From assembly GCA_049685835.1 (NCBI GenBank), contig JBAVHM010000313.1, forward strand, positions 1-25,756: a stretch of DNA of 25,756 nt, read 5' to 3'. The first letter of the stretch is position 1. The number at the start of each line of letters is the position of its first letter. Positions 9,344 to 19,001 of the stretch are shown here, piece by piece. The notes beneath the pieces are model-generated. The model did no database searches, had not been told where the DNA came from, and saw only the letters and a list, made by a program, of their open reading frames with translations. The DNA comes from Candidatus Deferrimicrobium sp. GTDB taxonomy: Bacteria > Desulfobacterota > Deferrimicrobia > Deferrimicrobiales > Deferrimicrobiaceae. Both the position numbers and the translations under genes were made by a program.

Positions 9344-9392
9344 GCAACCGGACCCTCTCGTGTTGGGGCGCCCTGCGTCTACGGTACCTGAT

Positions 9393-10376
9393 TCATGACG
9401 CCTTCCCCGCCATCGACGCCGCCATCCGGACGGCGGCGAGCAGGCTCGCGGGATTGGCGGTCCCTTTCCCGGCGATGTCGTAGGCGGTGCCGTGGTCCAC
9501 CGAGGTCCGGATGATCGGCAGACCCATCGTCACGTTCACCCCGTCGTCGAAATGGACGAGCTTCAGGGGGATGAGGCCATGGTCGTGCGTCATCGCGACG
9601 ACGACGTCGAACTCCCCCCGGTACGCGCGGTAAAAGATCGTGTCGGGGGGGTACGGACCCGAGGCGTCGATCCCGGCCGCCCGGCATGCGGCGATCGCCG
9701 GCGCGATGAGCGTCGTCTCGTCGTCGCCGAACATCCCCCCCTCGCCCGCGTGGGGGTTCAGCGCGGCCACGGCGATCCGCGGGGAGGAGGTCCCCATGTA
9801 CCTTCGGAAGAAAGCGTCGGTGATACGCACGGTCTTTTCGATGAGCGCGGGAGAGAGAAGTTCCAGGGCGCGGCGCAATCCGACGTGGATCGTGACCAGG
9901 GCGACGCGCAGCCGGTCGCCGGCCAGCATCATCACCACGTCGGCGCCGCCGCAAAGGTGGGCGAGGAACTCCGTGTGGCCGGGGAACGGAACGCCCGCCG
10001 CCTTCAGCCCTTCCTTCGTGATCGGGCAGGTGACGATCGCCGAGGCTTTCCCGGAGAGAACGTCCCCCGCGGCCGACCGGATGTACGCGGCCATGGCGAC
10101 GGAACCGGGGAGGGAGGGGCGGCTGAACGGAACCTGTCTCGGGTCGAGGGCGGAGCGCGCCGCGACGGCGATCCGTCCGGGTCCGGTCTCCTCGCCTTCG
10201 CCGACGACGGCGAGGGACGCGCCCGTCACCTCGACGGCGCGGCGGAGGATCGCCGGGTCGCCGTACACCACCGGGCGGCACCAGGAGAAGAGCTCCTCCC
10301 GGGCGTGGGCGAGGACGGAGACCTCCGGGCCGATCCCGGCGGGGTCCCCCATCGTGATGGCGATCATCGGCGGCAT
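9393..10376 (-). CDS. pdxA: 4-hydroxythreonine-4-phosphate dehydrogenase
   Basis: ITMGDPAGIGPE, PGHTEFL, LNPHAGE, HDHGLIPLK, GLPIIRTSVDHGTAYDIAG; follows a surA-like gene. Confidence 0.95.
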   Translation of the reverse strand: MPPMIAITMGDPAGIGPEVSVLAHAREELFSWCRPVVYGDPAILRRAVEVTGASLAVVGEGEETGPGRIAVAARSALDPRQVPFSRPSLPGSVAMAAYIRSAAGDVLSGKASAIVTCPITKEGLKAAGVPFPGHTEFLAHLCGGADVVMMLAGDRLRVALVTIHVGLRRALELLSPALIEKTVRITDAFFRRYMGTSSPRIAVAALNPHAGEGGMFGDDETTLIAPAIAACRAAGIDASGPYPPDTIFYRAYRGEFDVVVAMTHDHGLIPLKLVHFDDGVNVTMGLPIIRTSVDHGTAYDIAGKGTANPASLLAAVRMAASMAGKAS

Positions 10377-10413
10377 GGCGTATCCCCTGCGCGGCGGAGC
10401 GGGTGCGAGGCGG

Positions 10414-11388
10414 TCAGAGACGGACGTCGATCGAGGCCGACGCCTTCAGCTCCGAGAGGAGATCGGAATACGCCTTCTCGCTGCGGCGGTCGGTGAGCTC
10501 CTCGGTCAAGCCGTCCTTCACCGCGGAGAAGTCCCCGGGCGTCCCCCCCCGGCGCTCGACGACCCGAAGAAGATACGCCCCCGCCTCCGTGAAGAACGGC
10601 GGCGACGATTCCCCGGCCCGCAGGCGGCGAACCTCCCGCTGCAACTCCGGGAGCAGGTCCTCGGTCGTCACGAAGTCGGCGGCGTGGAACTCGACCTTTG
10701 GAAACGTTCCACGAACCAACGCCTGCGCCTCGGCGAAGGTGCGTCCCGCCCGGACTGCCTCGGCAGCCTGCTGCACGGCGATCCGCGCCTGTGCGGCGTC
10801 TTCGTCCCGGGGCTGCGCGGAGGCGATCGGGAAGAAGAGCGTCTCGAGCCGTACCTGCGCCCCCACCAGGAACCGTTCCCCGCTCTCGCGGAAGTAGTCG
10901 CGTACCTCGGTCGCCGTCACGGTGACCTCCTTGAACTTGCGCGCCCGGACGATCGCGCCGCGCTCCATCTGCCACCGGAGGCGGCGGCGGTACGCGGGAA
11001 GGGAGATCCCGTCCTTCCCGAGCAACTCGGTGAACTGCGCCTCACTCATGGCGTTCGCCTTCCGGACGGATTCGACCGCCTTGTCGATCTCTGCCTCCGT
11101 GATCGGCTGGCCCAGCTTCTCCAGCTCCTTGCGCACCAGGACGGAATCGACGAGGGCTTCGATCCAGCGCAGTACCGCGTGGGGGTCGCGCTCCTCGCGC
11201 AGGAGCGCATCCGCGTCGCCCACCGGGATTCCCATCCCTTCCGACACCGACTCGCGCACCTCGGAAAAAGTGATCGGCTCCTCGTTCACCAGCGCGACAA
11301 CGCCGTCGATCACGCGGGGGAACGCCGTCCCCGCGGAAAGAAGCAGCGCCGCTCCGGCCGCCGCGATGATCGCTCCCGTTCGCCTCAC
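10414..11388 (-). CDS. surA: SurA-like periplasmic chaperone/PPIase
   Basis: GTG 11388 overlaps the upstream TGA (GTGA) and follows GAGGAG. Signal peptide, then IDGVVALVNEEPIT (SurA N-domain) and one parvulin-like domain; lies upstream of pdxA. Confidence 0.75.
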   Translation of the reverse strand: MRRTGAIIAAAGAALLLSAGTAFPRVIDGVVALVNEEPITFSEVRESVSEGMGIPVGDADALLREERDPHAVLRWIEALVDSVLVRKELEKLGQPITEAEIDKAVESVRKANAMSEAQFTELLGKDGISLPAYRRRLRWQMERGAIVRARKFKEVTVTATEVRDYFRESGERFLVGAQVRLETLFFPIASAQPRDEDAAQARIAVQQAAEAVRAGRTFAEAQALVRGTFPKVEFHAADFVTTEDLLPELQREVRRLRAGESSPPFFTEAGAYLLRVVERRGGTPGDFSAVKDGLTEELTDRRSEKAYSDLLSELKASASIDVRL

Positions 11389-12329
11389 CGTTTCTCCTCG
11401 ACCAGTTTTTGCAGCAGTTCCGCGTTCACCTTCACCCTCGCCCCCGTGGTGGCCTGCGCCAGCCACCGGCGGAACGCCTCCTCCCGCCGGGGCGCGAGGA
11501 TCGACTCCCGGATCTGCGCCTCTTCGCTGCGCAGCGTCTGCGCCCGGGCCGCTTCCCGTCTCGTGACCTGGAACAGGCTCGTCACGCCCTCGCCGGGAAC
11601 CGGCTCGCTGACGCCGCCCTCCGGAAGATCGAACACCCCGACGGGAAGTTCCGGCGGGAGCTCGTCGCGGCGGAAGAAACCGAGGTCGACCCCCTCGACG
11701 GAAGGGTCTCCGGCGTCTCCGCCGACGGGCCGCCCGGCCTGCAGCTTCTCGCGCGCGACGGCCGCGCGCTCCGCCGAACCGAAGAGATATTGCCGCACGC
11801 GGATCCGCTCCGGCACCGTCGCGGGATTCCGTTCCTTCCGGAACGCCTCCTCCACCTCCTGCGGGGCCACCGTGGCCCCGGCCGCCGCGATGGCGTCGGC
11901 TGACCGCCGGTACAGGAGGGAACGCCGGAGCTGTTCCCGCCACGCGTCGGGTTTCATCCCCGCCTGGAGGAGCGCTTTCTCGAGCCCCCCCGGCGGGAAG
12001 TCCGCCCGGAACCGCAACACCTCTTCCTCGAGGGCCCCCACGGGAAGCTCGACCCCCCGTCGCCGCCCTTCGCGCAGGACGACGGTTCGCTCGATCGCCC
12101 GCCGGACCGCCTCGGAAACCTCCCCGCGGGAGGGCCCACGGGCCTCGAGGGACGGCGTGTAGCCGCGCATCGAGAGAATCTCGTTCTTGACGTCCTTCAG
12201 GACGACGGGGGCGCCGTCCACCTCTGCTACGACGACCTCGGCGTCGGACCGGTTCGACGGGGCGGGAGAGCATGCCCACAGCAACGCGGCGATCAACGCG
12301 AACCCGGCCAAAGCGCGGGCGGGGGACAA
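11385..12329 (-). CDS. PrsA/SurA-like parvulin foldase lipoprotein (degenerate PPIase domain)
   Basis: Lipobox-like LLWAC, VVAEVDG, DLGFF...ELPPE...VF.L..G.VSEPV. Start uncertain: TTG 12329 gives a clean 20-aa lipoprotein leader; ATG 12362 is the alternative. Confidence 0.75.
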   Translation of the reverse strand: MSPARALAGFALIAALLWACSPAPSNRSDAEVVVAEVDGAPVVLKDVKNEILSMRGYTPSLEARGPSRGEVSEAVRRAIERTVVLREGRRRGVELPVGALEEEVLRFRADFPPGGLEKALLQAGMKPDAWREQLRRSLLYRRSADAIAAAGATVAPQEVEEAFRKERNPATVPERIRVRQYLFGSAERAAVAREKLQAGRPVGGDAGDPSVEGVDLGFFRRDELPPELPVGVFDLPEGGVSEPVPGEGVTSLFQVTRREAARAQTLRSEEAQIRESILAPRREEAFRRWLAQATTGARVKVNAELLQKLVEEKR

Positions 12330-12433
12330 TCTATCCCGCAGTGGGAGGACACTCCTTCCCATGAGCGAGGTCACACCTGGTTTTCTCGTCGAAAGAATCA
12401 GGAGTGTCCCCCCCCTGGCCAAGAGTGTTCCCC
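12321..12433. repeat. Nested REP-like imperfect palindrome (GGGGACACTC / GAGTGTCCCC motif)
   Basis: 12343-12356 pairs with 12400-12413 (13/14) and 12321-12332 pairs with 12422-12433 (10/12), about the same centre. Confidence 0.6.
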
Positions 12434-12456
12434 TCGACAAGTGGGTCCCCCAGGGA

Positions 12457-13365
12457 TCACTTCTCCCGTGGCTGGGACGGATCCCCGGCCTTCGGCGCGG
12501 CAGGCGCCGTCCCCGGGGAGACCGGAGGGCCCTCCGGCTTGTAGAGAATGCGAACCGTCGCCTGTTTCCTCAAGTCCGCGATCAACCCCTCAAACGCCTC
12601 CCGCTGGGCCTGCTCGCGCTGCTCGGCGAGGAGCTTCGGCTTCATCTCCTCGAACGATCGGACACCCGCGGGCAATTTCTCGTACACCTTGATCACGTGG
12701 TAGCCGTACGTGGTCTTGACGGGACCCGTGACCTCGCCGGGCGCGGCGGCGAAGGCGGCCGCCTCGAACTCTTTCACGAAGTTTCCGCGCTCGATCTCCC
12801 CGAGGTCCGCGGCGACCTCGCCGCTCGCATTCCCGGACCCGACCTCCTTCATCAGCGCCTCGAACGGCTCCCCCGCCTTCGCGCGACCGAGCATCTCCAG
12901 CGCGCGGGCCTTCTCCCGGAAGAGCATGTGGCTCACCTTCACCCGCTCCCCCACCTGGTGCAACGCGGGGTTCGCGTCGTAGATCTTCCGAAGCGCCGCT
13001 TCGGAAAGCCCGGGCGCCTGCTCGGCCACGTCGCGCAGCAGCGCCTCGAGAACGATCGACTTGCGCGCCATGGCGATCCGGTCGGCCACCTCGGGGCGGC
13101 GGTCGATCCCGCGCCGCAGCGCCTCCCGCATCAGCAGGTCACGGGTGATGACGCTCTCGAGAAACTGCGCCCTGCCCGCCGCGGTTTCGAGGATCGGCCG
13201 CACGTAGGGAGGAAGATTCTCCACCTCTTTCAGAAGCGTCGCCTCCGTGAGGGGCTCCCCGTTCACCACGGCGAGAATCTTCCCCTGCGGTCCGTTCCCG
13301 GGGGAGCTCCCGCAGGCGGACGCGACGACCGCCAAAATCACGAACAGAACCGGTATCTTGCGCAT
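12457..13365 (-). CDS. PrsA-like parvulin (PpiC-type) PPIase lipoprotein
   Basis: AAGGAG RBS; leader MRKIPVLFVILAVVASAC; LAVVNGEPLT, VSHML, DLG...RG.FVKEFE.AAF...PGEVTGPVKTTYGYHVIK. Confidence 0.88.
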   Translation of the reverse strand: MRKIPVLFVILAVVASACGSSPGNGPQGKILAVVNGEPLTEATLLKEVENLPPYVRPILETAAGRAQFLESVITRDLLMREALRRGIDRRPEVADRIAMARKSIVLEALLRDVAEQAPGLSEAALRKIYDANPALHQVGERVKVSHMLFREKARALEMLGRAKAGEPFEALMKEVGSGNASGEVAADLGEIERGNFVKEFEAAAFAAAPGEVTGPVKTTYGYHVIKVYEKLPAGVRSFEEMKPKLLAEQREQAQREAFEGLIADLRKQATVRILYKPEGPPVSPGTAPAAPKAGDPSQPREK

Positions 13366-13412
13366 GGAACAGCTCTCCTTGGCAAAAAGTTTCGAAGGGA
13401 TGCGATCCAATA

Positions 13413-16400
13413 TTACATGCTACCGCCTGTATCGAACCGGCTCAACAGGTTTTTCGCTGCCGCCAGGATCTCCGCGGGATCCGGGCCGGGAAGGCGCACC
13501 GCGAGGATCTCCCCGCGGACGAAGGAGAAGGTCTTCCGCTCCCGCGTAACCCAGGAGACCAGTTTCGCCCGGTCGAACGGGGAGTGGGCGGAGAGGGTGA
13601 GAAACAGGGAGCCGTCTCCGCGCTTGAGCTCCGCCACTCCCGCGGAACGCATCGCGGCGCGCATCCGCGCCAGGTCGCATAGCGCGCGGGCCGGGACGGG
13701 AAGCCGACCGAACCGGTCCAGCATCGCCATTTCGATCTCCTCCGCGGCGTCCACGGTTTTCGCCGACGACAGCTTCCGGTAGAACTCCAGGCGTTCTCCG
13801 GCCTCGTTGATGTAGTCGTCCGGAAGGAACGCGGGGACGCGCAGCTCCAGTTCCGGCTCCTCCTCCTGCGAGGAGGCGATCCCCGAGATCTCCGCCACCG
13901 CCTCGGAGAGGAGCTGCGTGTACAGCTCGTACCCCACCTGGTGGATCTGCCCCGACTGGTCCTTCCCGAGAAGGTTTCCCGCGCCCCGGATCTCGAGGTC
14001 GTGGGAGGCGATCCGGAACCCCGAGCCGAGCTCGGTGAGCTCCTCGAGCACGGCGAGCCGCTTGGTGGCGTCCCTGGTGAGGGCCACGTCTTTCGGGACG
14101 ATGAAGTACGCGTACGCCCGGTGGCGGTCGCGGCCCACACGGCCCCGGAGTTGGTACAGCTGGGCCAGCCCGAACCGGTGCGCGTGGTTCACGAGGATCG
14201 TGTTCGCGTTGGGAAGATCCAGCCCGGCCTCGATGATCGCTGTGCAAAGGAGGATGTCGGCGCGACGCGCCGCGAAGTCGTCCATGGCGACGGAAAGGGT
14301 TTCCTCCTCCATCTGCCCGTGCCCCACGGCGATCCGCGCGTCGGGGAGCAGCTCGCGCAGGTACCGCTCCATCGCGGGAAGGGTCTGCACCCGGTTGTGG
14401 ACGAAGAAGACCTGCCCGCCCCGGCGGATCTCCCGATCCACCGCCTCGCGGATCATCTCGCCCGAGAAGGGGACGACGAAGGTGCGGATCGAGAGCCGGT
14501 CCTCGGGAGGGGTGGCGATCAGGCTCACGTCCCGGATCCCGGAGAACGCCATGTGCAGCGTGCGCGGGATCGGCGTGGCCGACAGCGTCAGCACGTCGAC
14601 GGCGGCGCGCATCCTCTTCAGCCGTTCCTTGTGCGCCACTCCGAACCGCTGCTCCTCGTCGATCACCACGAGCCCGAGGTTCGCGAACGTCACGTCCCTC
14701 TGCAGGAGCCGGTGCGTCCCGATGACGACGTCCACCGTCCCTTTCGCGACCCCCTTCACCACCTCCGCCTGGTCCTGCCGTGTCCGGAACCGCGAAAGGT
14801 TCGCCACGCGCACCGGGTACCCCGCGAGGCGGCGGGTGAACGTCTGGTAATGCTGCTCGGCCAGGATGGTCGTCGGAACCAGCACCGCCGCCTGCTTCCC
14901 CGCCATCACCACCTGGACCGCCGCGCGGATCGCCACCTCGGTCTTGCCGTACCCCACGTCGCCGCAGACGAGCCGGTCCATCGGGCGGGAGGAGGAGAGG
15001 TCGGACAGCACCTCGCGGATCACCTGCTCCTGGTCCGGCGTCTCCTCGTGGGGGAACGCCGCCTCGAATTCCCGGAAGACCGCGTCGGGCGGCAAAACGG
15101 GGGCCTTCTCGGCCAGCTGGCGCTTCGCCTGCAGGTCCACTAATTCCTGGGCCATCGCGAGCAGGTCGTCGCGCACCTTCCGCTTGGCGCGCTGCCACGC
15201 CGTACCCCCCAGGCGCGACAGCCTCGCGCGCCCCTCCTCCGACGCCACGTACCGCTGCACCCGGGACATCTTCTCCACGGGGACGAACAGCCGGTCGCCC
15301 CCCGCGTACTCGAGGACGAGGTAGTCCCCCTCCGTCCCGGCGGCCGTCCGGCGCAGGAGCCCGCGGTAGATCCCGATCCCGTGGTCCACGTGGACCGCCG
15401 GGTCGTTCACCTGCAGGTCCGCGAGCGAGAACTCCTCGGGGACGGCGATCCCCTCCACCCGCGGGCGGCGCGCCCGGGTCTTCTCCCCGAAGATCTCGCT
15501 CTCGGTGACGATCGCCGTGCGAAGCTCCGGTACGCGGAACCCCCGGGTGACCTCCGACCCGCACAGGAAGACCCCGCGGTCCCGGGAGAGCGCCTCGCGC
15601 AGGGTGTCGACCCGGGAGAGCGGCACGGCGTACCGGGAGAGGAAATCCTCCATCCGGTCCACCTGCGACGGGGAGAGGGAGCTGACGACGAACCGGTCCC
15701 CCCGCTTCCACCACGCCTTCGCCTCCTCGGCCAAAGGGTAGAGGAGGCCTTCCGACGAGGCGGTGGCGGTGCTGCGGCGGATCTCCTCGTTCCCGTCGAC
15801 CCCCGCGTCCCCCCGCAGCGGATCCTTCCGCCCGAAGGGGGGAACCTCGATCCCGTCGAAAGCGAGCATCGGGACGTCGGAGAGCGCGGCGACCAGCTCG
15901 GCTTCCGGCATGACCAACTCCGCCGGCGCGGGGTACCCCCCCTCCTCTCCCGTGAGGGCGTACTTCTCCTCCGCCTCCTCGAAGGTGTTCCGGGCGGCAG
16001 CGATGCACTCCACGGAGTCGACCGCCACGACGAGAGCGTCCGCGGGAAGGTACGAAAATACCGCGGTAGCGTGACCGTAGAGGCGCGGCAGGAGCGCGTC
16101 CGCGCCGTGGAACCGGATCCCATGCCGAAGGGCCTCCTTCCAGGCATAGGACCCTGAGGCCAGCCTCCTTTTGGGGGTTTGCTCGATGTCTTCGGGATCC
16201 TCGGCGCGCCCGTCGCACGCCGCCGACAGGCAGTCGCCCCGCGTGATCACCTGGGAGCACGGAAGGATCACGAGCCGTTCCCCGTCCCCGGGCTCCCCGT
16301 CCGCCCGCGCTCCCGCCGCCACCGTACGCTGCGTCGCCGGGTGGAACCACCGCACCGACTCGACGACGTCGCCGTCCAGCAGGAGCCGGGCCGGGAGGGG

Positions 16401-16979
16401 ATGGGCCGGGCTGTACACGTCGACGATCCCACCGCGCACCGCAAAATCCCCCGGGTCGGCCACCGCGGGAAGGCGGGCGTAACCGAGGGTGGCGAGGCGC
16501 GCCGCGAACGCGTCGACGTCGAGCGTGTTCCCCGGGGATACCGCGTCGACCGCGTCAACGAAGGCCTCGGGGGGGAGCGTCTTCTCCGCCGCCGCCGCGA
16601 TCGTGGCGACGACCACGGCGGGGGGTCCGGAAAGGAGCCGGTGCAGCGCGCGCATCCGGTCGTGGACCGAGGGGAGATGCGGGGGGACCGGCTCGTACGG
16701 TGTCGCCTCGATGGAAGGGAACGGGAGGACCTCGTCCGGGCCAAGATAGGCGGTCAGTTCCCGGGACGCCTCCTCCGCCTCCTTCTCGCCGGCGCACAGG
16801 TAAAGGAGCGTGCGGCCGAGGCGCTCGAAGAGACGGGCCGCGAGGAACGACCGCGCCCCGGGCGGGATCCGCATCCACTGGACGCAGGGGGAGGGCCCCC
16901 GCTTTGCGAGGGCGAGCGCGACGTGCTCGAAGGACAGGCGGGAGAGGTGGAACGGCATCAGACGGCCAGAGGGGGACAC
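13413..16979 (-). CDS. mfd: Transcription-repair coupling factor
   Basis: UvrB-homology GDFAVRGGIVDVY, RID domain VHVDHGIG, ETPDQ, GDVGYGKT, DEEQRFG, SATPIPRT, QLRGRVGR, TRG motif DLEIRGAG. Start is GTG 16979 or ATG 16958. Confidence 0.96.
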   Translation of the reverse strand: MSPSGRLMPFHLSRLSFEHVALALAKRGPSPCVQWMRIPPGARSFLAARLFERLGRTLLYLCAGEKEAEEASRELTAYLGPDEVLPFPSIEATPYEPVPPHLPSVHDRMRALHRLLSGPPAVVVATIAAAAEKTLPPEAFVDAVDAVSPGNTLDVDAFAARLATLGYARLPAVADPGDFAVRGGIVDVYSPAHPLPARLLLDGDVVESVRWFHPATQRTVAAGARADGEPGDGERLVILPCSQVITRGDCLSAACDGRAEDPEDIEQTPKRRLASGSYAWKEALRHGIRFHGADALLPRLYGHATAVFSYLPADALVVAVDSVECIAAARNTFEEAEEKYALTGEEGGYPAPAELVMPEAELVAALSDVPMLAFDGIEVPPFGRKDPLRGDAGVDGNEEIRRSTATASSEGLLYPLAEEAKAWWKRGDRFVVSSLSPSQVDRMEDFLSRYAVPLSRVDTLREALSRDRGVFLCGSEVTRGFRVPELRTAIVTESEIFGEKTRARRPRVEGIAVPEEFSLADLQVNDPAVHVDHGIGIYRGLLRRTAAGTEGDYLVLEYAGGDRLFVPVEKMSRVQRYVASEEGRARLSRLGGTAWQRAKRKVRDDLLAMAQELVDLQAKRQLAEKAPVLPPDAVFREFEAAFPHEETPDQEQVIREVLSDLSSSRPMDRLVCGDVGYGKTEVAIRAAVQVVMAGKQAAVLVPTTILAEQHYQTFTRRLAGYPVRVANLSRFRTRQDQAEVVKGVAKGTVDVVIGTHRLLQRDVTFANLGLVVIDEEQRFGVAHKERLKRMRAAVDVLTLSATPIPRTLHMAFSGIRDVSLIATPPEDRLSIRTFVVPFSGEMIREAVDREIRRGGQVFFVHNRVQTLPAMERYLRELLPDARIAVGHGQMEEETLSVAMDDFAARRADILLCTAIIEAGLDLPNANTILVNHAHRFGLAQLYQLRGRVGRDRHRAYAYFIVPKDVALTRDATKRLAVLEELTELGSGFRIASHDLEIRGAGNLLGKDQSGQIHQVGYELYTQLLSEAVAEISGIASSQEEEPELELRVPAFLPDDYINEAGERLEFYRKLSSAKTVDAAEEIEMAMLDRFGRLPVPARALCDLARMRAAMRSAGVAELKRGDGSLFLTLSAHSPFDRAKLVSWVTRERKTFSFVRGEILAVRLPGPDPAEILAAAKNLLSRFDTGGSM

Positions 16980-17019
16980 CCTTGGTTCAAACCGGGGATG
17001 CAGGGATAGAGTGTCCTCC
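16971..17019. repeat. Second REP-like inverted pair of the same motif
   Basis: GGGGGACACCCT (16971-16982) and AGAGTGTCCTCC (17008-17019) are 10/12 complementary; between nadA and mfd. Confidence 0.5.
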
Positions 17020-17031
17020 GCCAGCTCGTCA

Positions 17032-17961
17032 TCACGCGGCGTCGCGGGGAACGGCGAGCATCGCGTCGAGGGCCGCCTTCGCCCGGAGTCGCACCGCTTC
17101 CGGCACCGTGACGACCGGGGACATCGAGACGAGGGCGTCCCGCACGTCTTCGAGCGTCGTGAGCTTCATGTACGGGCACAGGAGAGCGCGCGAGGCGATG
17201 TGGAACCGCTTTTCCGGGTTCTCCTTCCGGAGCCGGTAGAGGATCCCCATCTCCGTGCCGACGATGAACTCCTTCGCCGTGGATCGCCGGCACCAGGCGT
17301 ACATCCCCGCCGTGGAGAGGACCGCATCTGCCATCGCCACCACCTCGGGCGGGCACTCGGGGTGAACCACGAGCACGGCGTCCGGGTGGACCTCTTTCGC
17401 CTTGACCGTGGCGTCGACGGTCAGCCGCTCGTGGGTCGGGCAGTAGCCGTCCCACCATGAGAGCGGGCGGCCCGACACCTTCGCCACCCACTGCGCGAGG
17501 TTCCGGTCGGGGACCATGAAGATCTCCTTCCCCGCCGGGATCGACTTCACCACGTTCACCGCGTTGCCCGAAGTGCAGCAGACGTCGGAGAGGGCCTTCA
17601 CCTCCGCGGAGGAGTTGACGTACGTTACGACGACCGCACCGGGATGCGCTTCCCGGTACGCCGCGAGGTCGGGCCCGGTGATCATGTCCGCCATCGGGCA
17701 TCCCGCGTCCTCGCGCGGCAGCAGGACCGTCTTTTCCGGGGAGAGGATCGCCGCACTCTCCGCCATGAAGTGGACGCCGCAGAAGACGATCACGTCCGCC
17801 GTCGTCTTCGCCGCTTCCTGCGAGAGCCCCAGCGAGTCGCCCGTGATGTCCGCGATCTCCTGCACCTCGTCCCGCTGGTAGTTGTGCGCCAGCAGGATCG
17901 CGTTGCGCTCTGAAAGCAGTTTCCCGATCTCCGCCTTGAGGGCCGGCAGTTCCTTCCGCAT
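17032..17961 (-). CDS. nadA: Quinolinate synthase A
   Basis: [50 protein letters not shown] (three cluster Cys). Confidence 0.96.
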   Translation of the reverse strand: MRKELPALKAEIGKLLSERNAILLAHNYQRDEVQEIADITGDSLGLSQEAAKTTADVIVFCGVHFMAESAAILSPEKTVLLPREDAGCPMADMITGPDLAAYREAHPGAVVVTYVNSSAEVKALSDVCCTSGNAVNVVKSIPAGKEIFMVPDRNLAQWVAKVSGRPLSWWDGYCPTHERLTVDATVKAKEVHPDAVLVVHPECPPEVVAMADAVLSTAGMYAWCRRSTAKEFIVGTEMGILYRLRKENPEKRFHIASRALLCPYMKLTTLEDVRDALVSMSPVVTVPEAVRLRAKAALDAMLAVPRDAA

Positions 17962-17968
17962 CGCTTTC

Positions 17969-18985
17969 CTACTCCTTTTCCCGCTTGAGCGCCCGGGCGA
18001 ACAGCTCCGACACCGCTTCCCGGGCGTCTTTCCCCTCGTGGAGAATGGCGTGCACCTGCTCCGAGATCGGCATCGGGACCCCCGTGCGGCGCGACAGCTC
18101 TACGGCGGAGACCGCCGTCCGGACCCCCTCGGCCACCATCGTCATCCCCGAGAGGATGTCGCCGATCCTCTCCCCCCGCCCCACGCGCTTCCCCACGGTC
18201 CGGTTCCGCGAGAGGTCGCTGGTGCAGGTGAGGACCAGGTCCCCCATCCCCGCGAGCCCCGCGAACGTCTGCGGGTGCGCCCCGAGGCGGACGCCCAGCC
18301 GGGAGATCTCGGCGAGCCCCCGGGAGATGAGGAGCGCCCGCGCGTTGTGGCCGAACCCCAGCCCGTCGGCCATCCCCGCGGCGATCGCCATCACGTTTTT
18401 CAGCGCCCCGCCGATCTCGATCCCCGTCACGTCGTCGTCGGCGTAGAGGCGGAAGCGGGAACCGGACAGCGCGTGCTGCAGCCGCCGCGCGACAGAGAGG
18501 TCGCGCGCCGCAACTGTGGCCCCCGTCGGCTTCCCTTCCGCCACCTCGCGGGCGAAGGTCGGGCCGGAAAGAGCCGCGACACGGGGGGCGAGCGAAGGGG
18601 ACACCTCGGCGAGCACCTCCGTCATCCGCTTCAGCGTACCGTTCTCCACCCCCTTGGCCAGGGAAACAAGGCACGCGTCCGAGGACAGGTGCACCGCCGC
18701 CCGGGCCGCTATCTCCCGCAGGTGGTGGGACGGAACGGCGAAGATCACCGCCGTCTTCCCGGAAACAGCCTCCGCGAGATCGTTCGTCGGGCGGATCGCC
18801 GGGGGAAGCGCGATCCCCGGAAGGAAGGCGCGGTTTTCCCGCCGGTCCCGGAGATCGGCGCACACTTCCGTCTCGCGCGCCCAGAGGGCGATGGATTCGT
18901 GACGCCCGGCGAGCATCGCGGCGAACGCCGTCCCCCACGACCCCGCCCCCACGACGGCGACCGACTCCTTCCTTCCCCCGCTCAC
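17969..18985 (-). CDS. gpsA: NAD(P)H-dependent glycerol-3-phosphate dehydrogenase
   Basis: [40 protein letters not shown]...SRN, AEG. Confidence 0.96.
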   Translation of the reverse strand: MSGGRKESVAVVGAGSWGTAFAAMLAGRHESIALWARETEVCADLRDRRENRAFLPGIALPPAIRPTNDLAEAVSGKTAVIFAVPSHHLREIAARAAVHLSSDACLVSLAKGVENGTLKRMTEVLAEVSPSLAPRVAALSGPTFAREVAEGKPTGATVAARDLSVARRLQHALSGSRFRLYADDDVTGIEIGGALKNVMAIAAGMADGLGFGHNARALLISRGLAEISRLGVRLGAHPQTFAGLAGMGDLVLTCTSDLSRNRTVGKRVGRGERIGDILSGMTMVAEGVRTAVSAVELSRRTGVPMPISEQVHAILHEGKDAREAVSELFARALKREKE

Positions 18986-19001
18986 CGCTTCCCCGCCCTC
19001 C

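Noticed and set aside
5534..9391. 1285-aa plus-strand ORF
   Set aside because: Antisense mirror of uvrA and the DUF4197-like gene; stop depletion is explained by GC-rich codon usage.
11389..12279. N-terminal extension of the 621-aa ORF 10414..12279
   Set aside because: It overlaps the upstream foldase in another frame. The real start is GTG 11388, with RBS and signal peptide.
12321..12450. CRISPR-like array suggested by the GTGTTCCCC-like repeats
   Set aside because: Copies are about 12 bp, partly inverted, without uniform spacers, and no cas genes are present.
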